Assembly: GCA_043228905.1 (NCBI GenBank)
Contig: JBHGNT010000020.1
Location: forward strand, 2,294,001 to 2,358,000
Length of the DNA stretch: 64,000 bases
Direction of reading: 5' to 3'
Source: Azolla caroliniana
Taxonomy: Eukaryota; Plantae; Polypodiophyta
Shown here: positions 13,471 to 27,512 of the stretch, in pieces
Numbering within the stretch: the stretch's first letter is position 1
Layout: the number at the start of each line of letters is the position of its first letter
The notes under the pieces: generated by a model
Database searches by the model: none
The model's input: only the letters and a program-made list of their open reading frames with translations
Told to the model about the DNA's origin: nothing
Made by a program: the position numbers and the translations under genes

Positions 13471-15307
13471 GTGAAGACGGGTGGCAAGGAGATGGAGAAT
13501 CAACAAGAGGCAATGAGCATAACGATGATGATGATGTTCGAGCAGATGCTACAAGAACAACGAGTGATGTCGGAGATCACGGGGGCAGTAAAGCGGCTCG
13601 TACAACGAAACGGACAATTCAACGGAAATGATGTGTCACGCTATCTACGTGACTACAAGGCGGAGATGATACGATGTGGGATACCGGAAGGATTGCAATC
13701 GGGTGGCCACGGATGAGCTACAAGAGAGAATCCACAAGATACGGCAACAAAACTCGACATGGGGGTCATTCGAAGAAGCTTTACGAGAGGCATATGATTA
13801 CAAGAGATCAAAGGGACAAGATCGGCGAAAATTCGACGAATGGGTGGCATCGGAGAAGACCCACCGAAGTGCAACACAAGCATTCCTAGAGTTCGAGCAT
13901 CGTTTTGCTCGACTCTCGGAGCAGGAACAAAGATTGGTGGGGGAGGACAAAGTCCTAATGTTCGTAAGATCGATTGATCGGAAAGAAAGGAAGGACATCA
14001 AAATTGAACTCGAAGACGATGACGGTGCAAATGGTCTTACCGAAGATTGGGACGAAGTCCAAAGGGTATGCCGGAGACATGATGAGATGAAGATGAGAAT
14101 CTTGTCAACGACATGGCCGATGAAGGATGGTCGATTGAAGACAAACGATGGAGCCGATATGAAGGCCGAAATACAACATGATGGTCCGACGGAAGAGGGT
14201 GTAAAACAAGCTACCCTCTTGTCTTGCGAAAGAACAACGACAAAGGATAAGGCCGATAACCCAAGTGTAGAAGAAGATTTCGGAATACAAGTGTCTGAAA
14301 CATCGGGTGAAAAAGGGGTAAGCATAATTGATGTTTGCATAATTGATGCAGTGAAAGAGAGCAAGGAGGACTTGATTGAGGAGGTCACCATGAAAGATGA
14401 CATCGAATTGAAGGTGGCTATGGACGAATCAACGACGGATGGCCATATCGAGACTTCCCCACCACTAATTCCAGAGACTCCGGCGGTTGCGTTCGAAAGG
14501 CAACGTGAGACCGAAGAGACGGAAGGTGGCGGAGAGAAAACAAAGGTCGAAGTCGATGCATACGACAGAGAGATAGTCGAGAATATGGCTATGGGTGAAA
14601 CAATGGAGGATGATAATACCGAGGATTCCTGCCCACTAATCCTAGAGACTTCGGCGGTTGTGTCTGAGAAGCAACGTGAGACCGGAGAGACGGGAGGTGG
14701 CGGCAAGAAAGGTAAAGTCGGAAGCCAATTAGGATGGAAGGTGATCCGGACGGGATTCCGATCCGAAAGAAAGCCGAACCGGGTAAAAGAGGATTCGACC
14801 GAAAGTCGACCCGAAAGAAAGCCGAACCGAAAGGAAGAGAATTCGGCCGAAAGACGACACAAACGAAAGCCGAACCGGGCGAATGAGGATTCGGCCGAAA
14901 GACGACCCGAAAGGAAGCCGACCCGAAAAGGGGTCGACTCGGTCAAAACCGATCGACCGAGTCTGACTTGGCCGAACGCGAATATGGATGGAAGCCGACC
15001 TAGCCGAAAGCCAATCGGACGAGACCGATCCGGAAAGAAGCTAATCCGACTCAATCGTAGGTTGGACCGGTCGAGGCTGGTGAAAACGAGGAAAAGAAAG
15101 CCAACCGAAACCAAAACCGATAGATCGAAACCGGGCCGGAAGTGGACCGACTCAATCGAAACCGAACAACCGATTCCGATTCGGCCGAATACGAATCCGA
15201 TCGGAAGCCGATCAAACCGAAAGTCAATCGGACGAGAGCGATCCGGAAAAAAAGTCAAGGTTGATGAAGACAAGAAAGAGGCCAGTAAAAGACACTACCA
15301 CGAATGA
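13471..15307 (+). pseudogene. gag: gag N-terminal domain fused to acidic and Arg/Lys-rich repeat tail (one frameshift near 13690)
   Basis: FNGNDVSRYLRDY and LEDDDGANGLTEDW align with the gag of C and E; the tail contains 16-aa tandem repeats RPERKPNR... Confidence 0.7.
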
Positions 15308-18300
15308 CAAGGGCCAAGAATATGACGAGAGAGAACAAAGAATATGGTGGATCGGATGGCGACAATGGTTCGGGTGGAAAGAATGGGTCTACTCAAAATG
15401 GAGAGACAAAGTTGACATAGTGGGACAAACAGAGGATGAAGGGGAGACAACGAGCATCGGCAACTTCGGCACATACCGGAGGATGTGCGGGTTCGGAGGG
15501 GGCGAGTGTCGTAGTGTATTTAGTACACTACGTGAAAAAGTAAAAATAATATAACCGATTTAATTACATATAAATAAATAAAATAAGAATATCAAGATAT
15601 TTATCACCAATAAATAAAATAAAAATATCAAGATATTTATCACGTGCATAGGGCAAGATTTGAACCTTGTACCTCCACGTAACCAAACCTCAACTTTACC
15701 ATTATGCTACCTTATCTTTAGTGTTCTACAAATAGATTTAATAACTATAAGTGCTTTATTTGCGCCTACCTTTATTAAAAGGTAAATCATGCATTTTTAG
15801 AGTGCGTGAATATTTTATAGAAAAACGCAAGCAACTAAAAAGTGACTCATGCACATCTAGCGTGCATGAGCACTATATTTAGCAAATAAAAGCAAGGATT
15901 AAGAAAGCATCACATGCACATTTAGTGTGCATGAACATATTAGAAAAAGCATGTAGCTATGTTTAGTCTCTCCCATCACTATATAAGGATGGGGAGCACA
16001 TTGTAGTTTTTGTTGATTATTTTTCTATAATGATCAATCAATCTAAAATATTCATGGGATTCACGAATTTGCTAAAATAATTCTCTCTTACTACCTAAAT
16101 ATTGACTAAATATACTAAACTCGTGGGATTCACGAGATTCTTATCTTATAACTCTTTATACCTATTCTTTACTAGCCTTATTTGTCTTTTTCTTTTCTCC
16201 TAGTCCAAAACCCCGGTGGTTCCCACCCGACTCACGCAAACGATCCGGAGCCGAAAGGCACGACACTGTCACTACGTGCGGATCGTGAGGCGGAACCGCC
16301 GGGGTTCTGGACCGGAAGGATTTAGAGTCGATACAAGCTTTGGCGAGAAAGTACTTAAGATAGATTGGGAAAGAGAGAAGTTGAGATTAAACGATTGAGA
16401 AAGATCGATTGAACTTTTTTTTATCTTTGGATTTAAGAAACAAGTTACACCATCAATTTGATAACGAATTTCTTCTTCTTCTATTATGTTCTCTTCTTTC
16501 AGCATCTTCTCGAATTCTTGTATCCGGTGCTTGTGCTTCTTGTCGGGTAGTACTAGTTTACATGCGCCACTAGGTGTGACACATGTTGCTTCTCCTTGCA
16601 ATCCACGCACTCTTCTTTCTTGTGGGGTCTTGTGATTGCTTGGACTATTTGTGCCCCATGCTTCAATAGTCCGCTCTAAAAATCCGAGGATTCGCCTCCG
16701 AGACTATCTCGATTCCTTTCATGATTGGCTCGCACCGTTAGGAATTGGACCGATCTTTGGTTGTCAAGACTCTTTATTCGTGCGAAGGCTGCTCCATTAT
16801 CGAACACTCTGGTCTCCATCCGAGATGATGTGATATAAGGTTGCCCTAGGATGACAGGATGCGACGCCGATTCTTGTACGAAGAAGTGTTGATCCATCTC
16901 CACATCCCCGATCGTGACTTTGACATTGGGACAAGCTCCGTACAAGTCCTCCGTAGACTTTGTTGCCGCGCGAATCTTCCATCCGTGGTTTGTATTGATT
17001 GGCCATCTTCCCTTTTTGTAGAAGTCGGTTGACATGAGGTTGATCTCCGTGCCGTGGTCGATCAAGGCTACGACGGTCTCTTTCTTCTCCCCGATCTTCA
17101 CCGGTGTCTCCGTTGTCGCTCGTGCCCAATGAGGTCGAGTGTAGTGGCTGTCCACCATATCTTCATCGATTTTGTCTCTTGCCATCGTTATGGCATTCGT
17201 TTTTGCTTTTTGCGGCTTCTCTTCTTCCTCGTCCAATTGTTGTCTCTTTCTCTTTACAAGGTCCACGATCGTGTCATGGAACTCCTTCTTCGTAATGCCA
17301 AGCAATTCCCTCAAGGACAAAGTTACGTGGCTATCAAGAACTCGTTCTTCGAGAATCTTCTTTAGGTCCGTCGTCTGCTCTATGTCCGACCTTAGCTTAT
17401 AGGTAGGTATAGTCCTTGTCCTCCGAGTGGGGTCTTTGAAGAACCGTTTCTTCAACTCGTATGCTTGGCTCCCCTTTTCGGCTTGATTCTCGTTCCTCCG
17501 TTTGTAAAGGTCGACTCGTCTCCATATCGTCCTTCTTTTTCACGTTCCTTGTTTCATGTCTTTTTGATGGGCCTTGCTCTTCTATTCTCTTTCTCTTTTC
17601 TTCGACGAACACCTCGTGGTTGTTACACATCACCTCTGCGAGTATGGTGTTGTCGTCCACCGGATCCGACCACCCGGTTATGCTTTGCACGTTTCGGTCC
17701 GCAAGCTCTACCTCGTTCGATGTGACTTTTCCCTTCTTCTCATATTCGAGAACGGAAGTCCAAAACTTTGCTCCCGCTCTAACAGCTTCAGTCTTGTCTT
17801 TCCCGACTCTTATTCCGGCCGACGCAGCATAGTGCATCGCATCCACATGAGTCGCATCGGCATCCTCCATAGATTTCTTCATTCCTCCTCTTCCGAAATT
17901 CACCCGTAGGGGTCTTCTAGTCTCGCTTGAGCAGATCATGTTGTCCTCTATGTATACGATATTTTGTCGAATCACCTCTCGAAGGCTCGCACAATCCCTT
18001 CTCATGTGGTCCATGCTATCGCACCACACGCATCTAAAGGGTTCTTTTCCTTTAGGGCCCCGACGATTCATGTTGGCTAGCGTGACCTTCTCGAACTTCT
18101 TCGCTAGCTCTTCGATGATGTCGTCATCAATCTTCTTTTCTTCCACGTTACTTTGTCTCAGCGGCTCAACTACTTTCGGCGGTCTTGCTTTCTCCGTGGT
18201 AGTCGGTCCCGTCATGTCGGTGTCATCAACCCATTGGCGACGCTTGTTGAGCCTATTGCATGCCCGCTTCACCGCGATCCAGTCCGCTACGAGCCCATTT

Positions 18301-21300
18301 GCTTGGGTATCATCTTCGAGAAGAGTCCCCAACTCCCGTCTATCCTTTATGTCCATGGCCTTCAAGAAGTACAAAGTCTTTTCCTCTTCAAGCAACACTT
18401 GGTCCGTATTGGGGAGACGACTAAACATCTGGTCGAATTCGTCGTACACCCTCGAGACGCTCATCTTCTTATTCTTCTTCTCTATCCACTTCATCAGGGC
18501 ATGTCGAGTCATCCTCATTGAGTCTTTAGTCACGAACTCCGCTAGTATCGTTTTCTCGAACTCGGACCATGTTGTCTTACCTTCTTGAAGCTCGATGACG
18601 CGTCTTTGGATGTTGTTGGCGACAACTCTCTTGAAGCTTGCGATTTGACGTGCCTCGGACACGTCCCTCTAATTCATCTCCCTTCTATATGCATCAAGGA
18701 ACTTCGTAACGTTCCTTCCATCGAATTGGCCCTCAAGCTCTACGACACGATCGACAGCCTTCTCCACGCTCGCGTCATTGTCCCGAGTTTGCTCGACGAT
18801 TAGCATCATCCTTTCGAGCTCTCCTGCTTGGTTGCTTGAGGACACCATCTCCAAGTATTAATCTCGACTTGATCCTTCCTACCACCTCTTTCACGTCGGG
18901 TTCACCACTTAATTATGTCGTGAAGATTCGTCACTACGCGCGGATTGTGAGGCGGAACCGCTGGGGTTCTGGACCGGAAGGATTTAGAGTCGATACAAGC
19001 TTTGGCGAGAAAGTACTTAAGATAGATTGGGAAAGAGAGAAGTTGAGATTAAACGATTGAGAAAGATCGATTGAACTTTTTTTTATCTTTGGATTTAAGA
19101 AACAAGTTACACCATCAATTTGATAACGAATTTCTTCTTCTTAATTTCATAAAAAAAAACCGTCCCTTTTACATTCTAATTATTTTACCTTCCTTTCCTA
19201 CCATCTGTCTCTTGGGTCCCACGTTGGTTCTCAACGCAACTGCCCAAGTCTCTAGATGGAGTGTCCTACATGGGTAACACCACCGTCCATCTCTTGGGTC
19301 TCACGTTGCCACGTCAGCTTGAACTGCCCAAGTCTCCGGAACATGTGTGCTCCTCACATAGACACAAAGATAATATCTTTTGCTCCACCTTATATATGAT
19401 GAGAGCTGTATTTGTCGTGCCTATGTGGGATATCTCACAATTTTTTCCTTTCCTTTTACAAACTTTATACCCTCATATCTTGACATTTAGTTGTCCGTTT
19501 CTCATGTAATAAAGTGCATTCGAAACCTCCATCATTTTGTACTTAGATATTAAATCTATTTAAAATGTTATCTTCACAATTATTGTACTATGTGATTCAT
19601 ACTCGATTTCGTACGTTTTATAGGATTTTCACACTATTGCCGAAAATCTTCATGACATCGGATTAGAAGAGTAGCTGGCATGAGGAGGTCAACTACGTCA
19701 GCTCTTCAGCCGAAATTTTGACGACCGACCCGAACATACTGTCCATAGAGAACCCAGTCGAATCAAAAGTTCTTCTTACAAATGAGGAATCGAGCACATG
19801 GCTCCTGGACTCGGGCGCATCGTATCATGTGACACCTCATTGATCTCAGTTTCGGCAATACTCAGACCGGCACTCCGACTCAGTTCAAGTCGGAAACTCG
19901 CAACACTCTGCTATAATCGGAATCAACACCATAGAGCTCAACCTTCCTGGGGGCTCTACACTCGTGCTACACAACGTTCGACACATTCCTGAGCTCTCAA
20001 GACCCTTGATCTCAGTCGGACAACTTGACAAAGCCGGCATCCGTGCCGGATTCTCATCAGGAGGGTGGACACTCCATAAAGGGAACCTCCTGCTTGCTCG
20101 AGGACCCAAGGTACACTCTTTGTATCCTTTATATGTCACACTCAAAGAGGGTGACTTATTTTTGGTTGATATCCCCGTGTCATCGTTATGGCATGGACGA
20201 CTTGGAAACCTCGGCAAGGCCGGCATAACGCACCTATCCAGAGCCGGTTACATCCCCAAGCTCTCCTTCTCGGATCACCAATTCTGTGAGAATTGCTAGT
20301 ACGGCAAACACGTAGCCACATCACACCCAACATCAGCACCAAGAGAATCGAGTCCCCTCGATTTGGTCCACTCAGACGTGTATGGCCCGATGCCACATCA
20401 GTCTCTTGGCGGTGCTTCGTACTTCGTCAGTTTTATTGACGACTCGACTCGGAAGGTGTGGGCTTACCCCATGAGAACCAAAGATCGGGTGTTCTCGATC
20501 TTCTCTGAATGGCTTGCAATGGTCGAAAATTAGACCAGTCGAAAACTGAAAGGTCTCCGAACCGACAATGGAGGAGAATTCAAGTCTGAAGAATTCGTCA
20601 AATTCTGCCGGGAACGCGGTATTCGATGTGTATTTACGGCACCCTATAGTCCGGAGCAGAACGGAATTGCTGAACGCATGAATCGGACGATTCAAGAACG
20701 CGTAGTATCCATGCTCCAACACTCCGGACTGTCGGATGGCTTCTGGGCGGAGGCTCTACTTACGGGAGTACACATAATAAATATCTCGCCAAGTAGAGCT
20801 CTAGGACTTGAAATACCTCAGGAAATATGGATCGACAGTAAGCCGAATTATGACAAACTGAGGATCTTCGGTTGCGAGGCGTATGCTGTCATACCGAAAG
20901 ACGACCGCCAGAAACTCGAACCAAGGTCACGGAAATGTGTTTTTCTTGGATATGGACCAGATGGCGAGATTGGATACCGACTCTAGGACCCCGAGCACAG
21001 ACAAATCATCCGAAGTTCGGACGTCGTGTTCAATGAGTCGGCTATGTATAAAACGGCCGAAAGGCCTATTGAAGTCCGAAGGGTAATATTTTCCGAAGTG
21101 CCAACCCTTCATGATGGCCCAACCCACAACACGAGATTGGTTTCATGGGTAACCGACAACTCTCGCACTGAATCCACCGATTCAGCACAGTCGAATGGCT
21201 CGGCTCCCGACCATCCGACATTGACACCCGGTGCGACTAGTCCAGTCATACCTCGCAGATCCGAGAGACTGTTGCAACCTCCAGAGAGGTACTCTCCTGG

Positions 21301-23775
21301 AATTTTCTTTACCAATGCCGGCGAACCGACGTCTTATGAAGAAGCATCGACACCTGCCGATTCAGCCACATGGCATCTGGTAGGAGTCGTCAACAGATTC
21401 ATGCACAACCCCGGCCGATCGCACTGGAACGCAGTAAAGCATGTGTTCAGATATCTAGCTGGCACAAAAGACCACGACATTCTTTTCGGCCCGAACTCAA
21501 CCTCAGGCGTAGTCGGTTACACCGACTCGGACTTCGCCGGTTGTGTGGACAGTCGGAAATCAACAACCGGATACTGTTTCAAATTCGGCAATGGAGCAAT
21601 CTCGTGGAAGTCGAAACTTCAAGAGTGCACATCCACCTCAACGACCAAAGCGGAATATGTAGCTACGTCCGACGCGGCAAAAGAAGCTTTATGGCTCGGT
21701 TGGCTGGCGCACACGTTTCGACAGGTCGACTCTTACTCGGCTCTAGTTGTCTACAGCGACAGTCAGGGTGTTGTTGCTTTGTCAAAAAATCCGGTTCACC
21801 ACAACGCCTCGAAGCACATCGACGTTCGATATCACTTCGTTTGGGACTGTGTCATTTCAGGGAAAATCAGTCTCGAGAAGATATCCACAACCAATAATGT
21901 CGCAGATGGAATGACCAAGTGTCTTTCGGTGGATCGTTTCCGGTCCCTTGGGCACCAGATGGGCGTAACCAAAAATCGGTCCAGTTAAATTCGAACACAC
22001 ATCACAGGATGGTTTCGAACCACCGACATCGGTTCTCTAAGGATCGGCTTTAGCTCTTCCGACCCGACCGATTCAGTCTTCTGTCTTCGGATCTTGCCGA
22101 CTCTGACAAAACCGATCTGTTTGATAAACCTTGTATATATACCTGTAATTCTTTAAGATAACCCATGTGTCAAATACGAGTGTATAATGGCCGTATTCAC
22201 ACTGTCCCTTTGGACAACCCAAGTTCGGATGCTATTTCTGTAAATAGCATAAAGGGCACTTGCCCTAGGATAGTCACTATATAAAGTGACTTTGTAACCT
22301 TTAGTGAAGGTTGGTTGTCATTTGTAACTATTGTTATTGCAATATAACGTTTTCCTTTGTGCCTTTGGCCCTCTCTCTCTCTCTCCCTCTCTCTGTGTCT
22401 ATCTTGCTCATGTATACACAGGTTCTTCTTCATCACGAATGTTGCTTGCACTTCCGCATTGACGGCCTTGTCCCCAACATCGACCAAATAGTAGAGCCTG
22501 TTGCGAACAATCTTGGAATCGAGGATGGTGGCAACCTTGTCCTCAGGTCCATCTTCAAGTTCGATCGGAGGTGGAGGTGGTTTGATACGATCTGGGATAC
22601 TGTTGTCTCGATAGGGTTCTAGAAGAGAACTATGAAATACTGGATGTATCCATAGTTGCGGAGGTAGATCAAGACGAAAAGCAACATCATTAATTTTTTC
22701 GATAATACGGAAAGGCACCAATCGCCGATAATCCAATTTATCGCATGGGTGAGTAGTCTTGATGTGTCGTCGTAATAGCCATACCTGATCTCCAATGTTA
22801 AAACTGGATGGAAGCCGATGACGATCTGCATAATCCTTGTGTGTTTGTTGAGCTTGCTGTAAATGAGTAGATAAATCCTCTTGTATCTTGCATAACTGCT
22901 CCAAACGATCCTCTACACAAGGATTTGTGGGTAACTCTAGAGTTTCAAATACACACCATCGGGGATGATAGCCCGCATAAGCATAAAATGGTGTAATCTT
23001 AGTTGATGAGTGGACAGAGTTATTATACGCAAATTCGGCGAAGTGGACAATATCCGCCCAATCATCATGGTGATAGCTTAGAAAACACCGAAGATACTGT
23101 TCCATCGTTTGATTTGTTCGTTTTGCTTGTCCGTCTCTTTGCGGGTGGTAGCCGAATGAGAGGTTACAAGTGACCTTGAGCATTTTGAAGAGGTGCCTCT
23201 AGAATTTCGAGAGGAACTGGGGTCCACAATCGCTGATGATACTATTGGGGAGGCCATGATGCCAACATACCTCACGCATGAAAGTTTCGGCGGTTTCTTC
23301 ACTAGTGATTTCCTTAGTACATGGAAGGAAATGGGCCATCTTCGTATATCAATCTACTACTGTTAAGATTGCATCGAATCCCTTAGAAACTAGAAGATTT
23401 GTGATGAAATCTAGAGCAATGGATTGCCATGGCTTGCTTGGAATTGGTAATGGTTCCAATAAACCATATGGATGATGTCTTGGCATCTTTGCTCTAGGGT
23501 TTACTAAATCTAACTTTTTAGTACTACCAAAATGCCCAACTGTATATTTGTCATGACAATTTTGGACTACTCGAAGGTGACAAGAACCATTAGGAACATA
23601 CAAGAGCTTCTTAAAGAATAGTAATCCATCATGACATTCAAATTGTTGCGACTGTGAACAAGATGCCCGAGAGGGATCGATTTGTGCTAGAATGGCTTGA
23701 GCAAGAGCATCTGTCTTTAAGTCCTCATGTATGGTATCGATAATGTGGGAATCTAATGGCATATTGAAAACCCGC

Positions 23776-24420
23776 TGTCGTGAAGAAAACCGGCCCTAAG
23801 AAGAATCAAAGAGTTAAAGGCGTGAACCCGCCTTTGCACGAGTGTGCGTGAATTGATACATTGTACATAACTAGGAATAGGACGGCTGATGTAAACATGC
23901 TAGGTATTAGATATTTATTAGGAAATTGATGAATATCTTTGTTCGGAGGGACAGAGAATAAAGTTGACGTGTTTTGATGTAACGGCCTCCTCGACGACCT
24001 ATAAAAGGGAGGGAAGAAGAAGAAGAAGGATCATGTTTTTCTAAGGGAAGAAGGAGGTGTTGTCGAACTGGGAACCGAGCTCTCTCTTCCTTAATCATCA
24101 TTCTCTGCAGGGTTTCCATCGTTGTAATTGTCACTGTTATTGTAATTGAATCTCTTGTTTCCGTCTATCTATGTTATCCGTGTCATCTGTGTTATCCGTG
24201 TTTCTGGGAGTGTCTTCTTTCACTTCTCTCGAGTGTGCTCCTTGATTAAGTCGGTATACGCGTTGGTTGTTCAATCAGTGGGCAAGTGCCGCCGGCTGCT
24301 GACAGGTCTAGCAGGCCTTACACTTGCGGGCTTCTCGCTTCCTCTTGTCTCTCTTGCTCCTCGGTTCAAGGCCCCCGTGGTCAAACCTTAATTCACACGC
24401 AAAAGCGAAACAACGCGACA
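23776..24420 (+). mobile_element. Solo LTR, probably of the Trp-primed lineage
   Basis: TGTCGTGAAG...CGCGACA termini, TATA at ~24000, perfect 4-bp TSD CCGC; interrupts the pol of K. Confidence 0.88.
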
Positions 24421-26753
24421 CCGCGTTGCTTGGAGTTGTGCCGGTCCCATGGTTACTTGCTTTTGGTTATCGAATGTTGGCTCACCGGGACACAGTGCTA
24501 TATACGAGCACCGCGATAAGGCATCTGCCTTCCCTTCCTGCTTCCTAGGATGATATGTAATTTGAAGTGGAAACGAGTGAGGAATTGGGCCCACTAAGCT
24601 TGACGTCGATTTAATACATAAGCATTCTGGAAGTAGGCAAGATTTTTGTGATCACTGAATACGGTGACTTGATGAGAAGATCCCTCTAGAAAATGCCTCC
24701 ATTGAGTAAAAGAGTCCACTATTGATAATAGCTCTTTATCATCAATTTCATAGTTGATTTCGGTGGCGTCAAACTTGCGTGAGTGGAAACCCACAGGATG
24801 TAGCTTTTCATCATCTCCTTGTTGTGAAAGATTGCTACCCAAGGCAAAATCTGACCCGTCTGCTTCAATCATGAAAGGTTTTGCCAGATCAACATGAGCT
24901 AGAATAGGAGCTTATGTGAATGCCTTCTTAAGACTCTCAAAAGCCATGTGCGCTTCTTTAGACAAAAAAATGATTGCCCCTTCTTGGTAAGCTATGTGAG
25001 AAGCAGAATAAGCTTTGAGTAATCTTGTATAAACTTGTGGTAAAAATTGGCAAAGCCTAAAAAGTATTGCACATCTTGCAACGAATGTGGATTCTACCAC
25101 TCTATCATAGTTTTGACCTTAGCTGGATCCATAGAGATGCCTTCCGAGGAGATGATATAGCCTAGAAATTTCACCTGGTTGCACTCGAAACTACATTTTT
25201 CTAGTTTTGCATAAAGAACATGTTCTCGAAGCCATTTTAGTACTAACACTACATGAGAATCATGCTCTTCTTCGGTCTTCAAATAAACCAGTAGATCATC
25301 CAAATAGATGATCTCAGAATATATCATTTTCCATGTGATGGAAGATTGTTGGTGCATGGCATGACCGTATACTCGAACTGCCCATATCTGGTGCAAAACG
25401 CGGTCTTCCATTCATCACTTGGTCAGATCTGTACGAGGTTATATGCTCCTCGTAAGTTGATCTTTGTGAAGAACCTTGCACCATTGATCCGTTTTAAAAG
25501 ACTTGAGATAGGGGGTAGTTCATACCTATTCCTGATGGTGACGTTATTCAAGCCACGGTAATCTATGACGAGACAAAGTGACCCATCCTTTTTCTTGACA
25601 AAGAAAATGGGTGCGCCAGCTGGAGATTTCGAATCTTGAATAAAACCGTTTGCTGAATTCTCCTCTATATAGGCTCGAAAGACTTCTAGCTCGGTTGGTG
25701 ACAAGTTGTATATCAAGCCCCATGGTTGATCTTTTCCCGATTGTAAATCAATGGGGCAATCATATAGTTAGTGGGGAGGAAGCATATTGTCTTGTACTTT
25801 ATTGAACACATCAACATAATGACGATATTTATCTGGAAGTTTTACTGATACTACGAAGACAAACATTGCTTCCTTGCGTCCTTCCTCACGCAATTGACGT
25901 AGCGAAATGGTTGCAATCCTATGAATAGATCCCCATATTTCTCTTGTTCTCCAATCTATGATTGGGTTATGTAATTCGAACCATGGTAACCCCAAGACAA
26001 TTGGATGTTCTGGACTACTAATTATATTAAATAATACTACACACACCAAGTTATCTAGGACAACCTGAATTGGCTCTAACTCTTCTACAATTTTTTCGGA
26101 AGTAATGGGACGACTATCAATAACTACTACAGATGTTGGGCAAGAAAGTTTTCTTAGGGATATCTGATGAGCTTGGGAAAAATTCCTATCCATAAAGCAA
26201 GAGTTGGCTCCGGAATCTAAGAGTGCTAAGACATGTATTGAAGGAATGCTTTTAGTACTAACCATTACTGGACCTAACAACACATTGCTAACCTGCTTAG
26301 AGGAAATGGAACCACTGATGGGCTGCACAAATCTAGGGTTGTCAGACCAAACGGCTCCTATTTTGGCTGGAGTCTTCTTCTAGTTGACTAAGGATTTCAA
26401 ATATGTTTGAAAGGCTTGGGCTATTAGTACTATTAGGACTATCAAATATTCCTACTTAAATAGACACGGGTTTAGTACAATTAAAATTATTGATTATTTT
26501 GTTTACCTGTCTTCTTGGCCTATGGGGACAGTTCACCGCAATATAAACCGGTGTCGTGAAGGATTTGCTTCACGATATAAAAATAAATTTAAATATTGAA
26601 TTCAATAATATTTCAAACACTTGAACCCCCAACCTTATAAACCAAGCACAATGTATATACCACTAGGGTAGGCTATTTGTTTTTAGAAATGTTATCAAGA
26701 ATGTGCTTCACTATATAAGAATCAACTTAAATATTGTATTAAGTAAAATTGAG

Positions 26754-26807
26754 GGACTTGAACCTTCAACCTTGTATATCAAGCACAAAGCATACACCAC
26801 TAAGCTA
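26754..26807 (-). promoter_or_regulatory. tRNA-like Pol III A/B-box cassette in U3 of the E LTR (tandem partner 26617-26670; copies at +3045)
   Basis: A box TAGCTTAGTGG and B box GGTTCAAGTCC, 32 nt apart. Confidence 0.7.
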
Positions 26808-27060
26808 GGTTATTTGTTTTAGGGTTATATCCATCATTATACTTATCCCAATACATGGGAGCTCAAATGAGCATGATGTCTATCATGCATCACATGCAAT
26901 GCATGTGCGCCAAATGGTGATCATGCATCAGATGTAACTCATGCATTACATGCATGCCATTACCATATGCATGGAAATACTTATAAAAAGAGGGGATAGG
27001 AAAACAAAAGGGGATCAATCAAGGGAGAGAGAGAAAATAATACAATCAAGTAGAGAAGAC

Positions 27061-27116
27061 TAGCTCATTGGGTGGAGAACCTCTCGTTTCGATCTTGAGG
27101 TCGTGGGTTCAAATCA
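27061..27116 (+). promoter_or_regulatory. tRNA-like A/B-box cassette downstream of TATA in the E LTR
   Basis: TAGCTCATTGG...GAGGTCGTGGGTTCAAATC. Confidence 0.65.
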
Positions 27117-27512
27117 AGGGTCGGTAGAGAATGTGTTCAGTTTGCAATCAAGGATTGTAAAGTTGGTAAAATATTGTCTTTTTAATATACATCATGTTTA
27201 TATCAAATACTCTTGCTTATTGATTCATACTTTGTCTCAATCTTCCTTATTAAATCATATTTTGTCTCTATCTTGCTTCTTGAATCATATATTGTCTCTA
27301 TCTTCTATCTATTCTCATCTCTCTCTCACACGCACATTACTCGTAACTCTTCTTCTTGCTACTCTTAACCTTTCTAACATCACCATACAAGCCTTATTAA
27401 AATTTAAGTTCCTTCAACTCCCCTTAACCTTCGTCCCTGCGACTTCGCCGCACGAACCACAACTACCCCGACACATTTGGTGAACCCGACGTGAAGGCGG
27501 CGACGAGGAGAA

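Larger units (their letters stand above)
12695..16265 (+). mobile_element. Non-autonomous tRNA-Trp-primed LTR element D (gag-only, TR-GAG-like)
   Basis: Near-identical LTRs 12695-13453 and 15507-16265 (~4 differences seen); PBS 13458-13474; PPT 15495-15506; TSD CCGT/CTGT; no PR, RT or IN. Confidence 0.92.
12679..19657 (-). mobile_element. tRNA-Trp-primed gypsy element C (gag-protease; RT-IN and part of the 3' LTR deleted)
   Basis: 5' LTR 18916-19657; partial 3' LTR 12679-12694 + 16270-16479; PBS 18891-18907; ORFs 18854-16676 with CVWC..H..C knuckle and ALIDHGTEINLM protease; TSD GCGG/TCGG. Confidence 0.88.
11004..22479 (+). mobile_element. Ty1/copia element B with internal RT deletion
   Basis: LTRs 11004-11333 and 22168-22479; TSD TTGAC/TCGAC; iMet PBS 11336-11347; gag 11900-12678; PR WLLDSGASYH ~19798; IN 20370-20990; RT almost entirely missing at ~21378; RNase H to 21988. 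Confidence 0.92.

Noticed and set aside
13798-15273. 491-aa antisense ORF in element D
   Set aside because: Shadow of the purine-rich sense ORF; composition is Ser/Phe-rich with no motifs.
26160-26190. Other CTGATGA hits as hammerheads (also ~38555, ~39037, and minus-strand ~40516)
   Set aside because: No stem II/GAAAC/stem I arrangement; they lie in TE coding or coding-like sequence.
27055-27125. Functional tRNA genes at the A/B-box cassettes
   Set aside because: Acceptor, anticodon and T stems do not pair; only the promoter boxes are retained.
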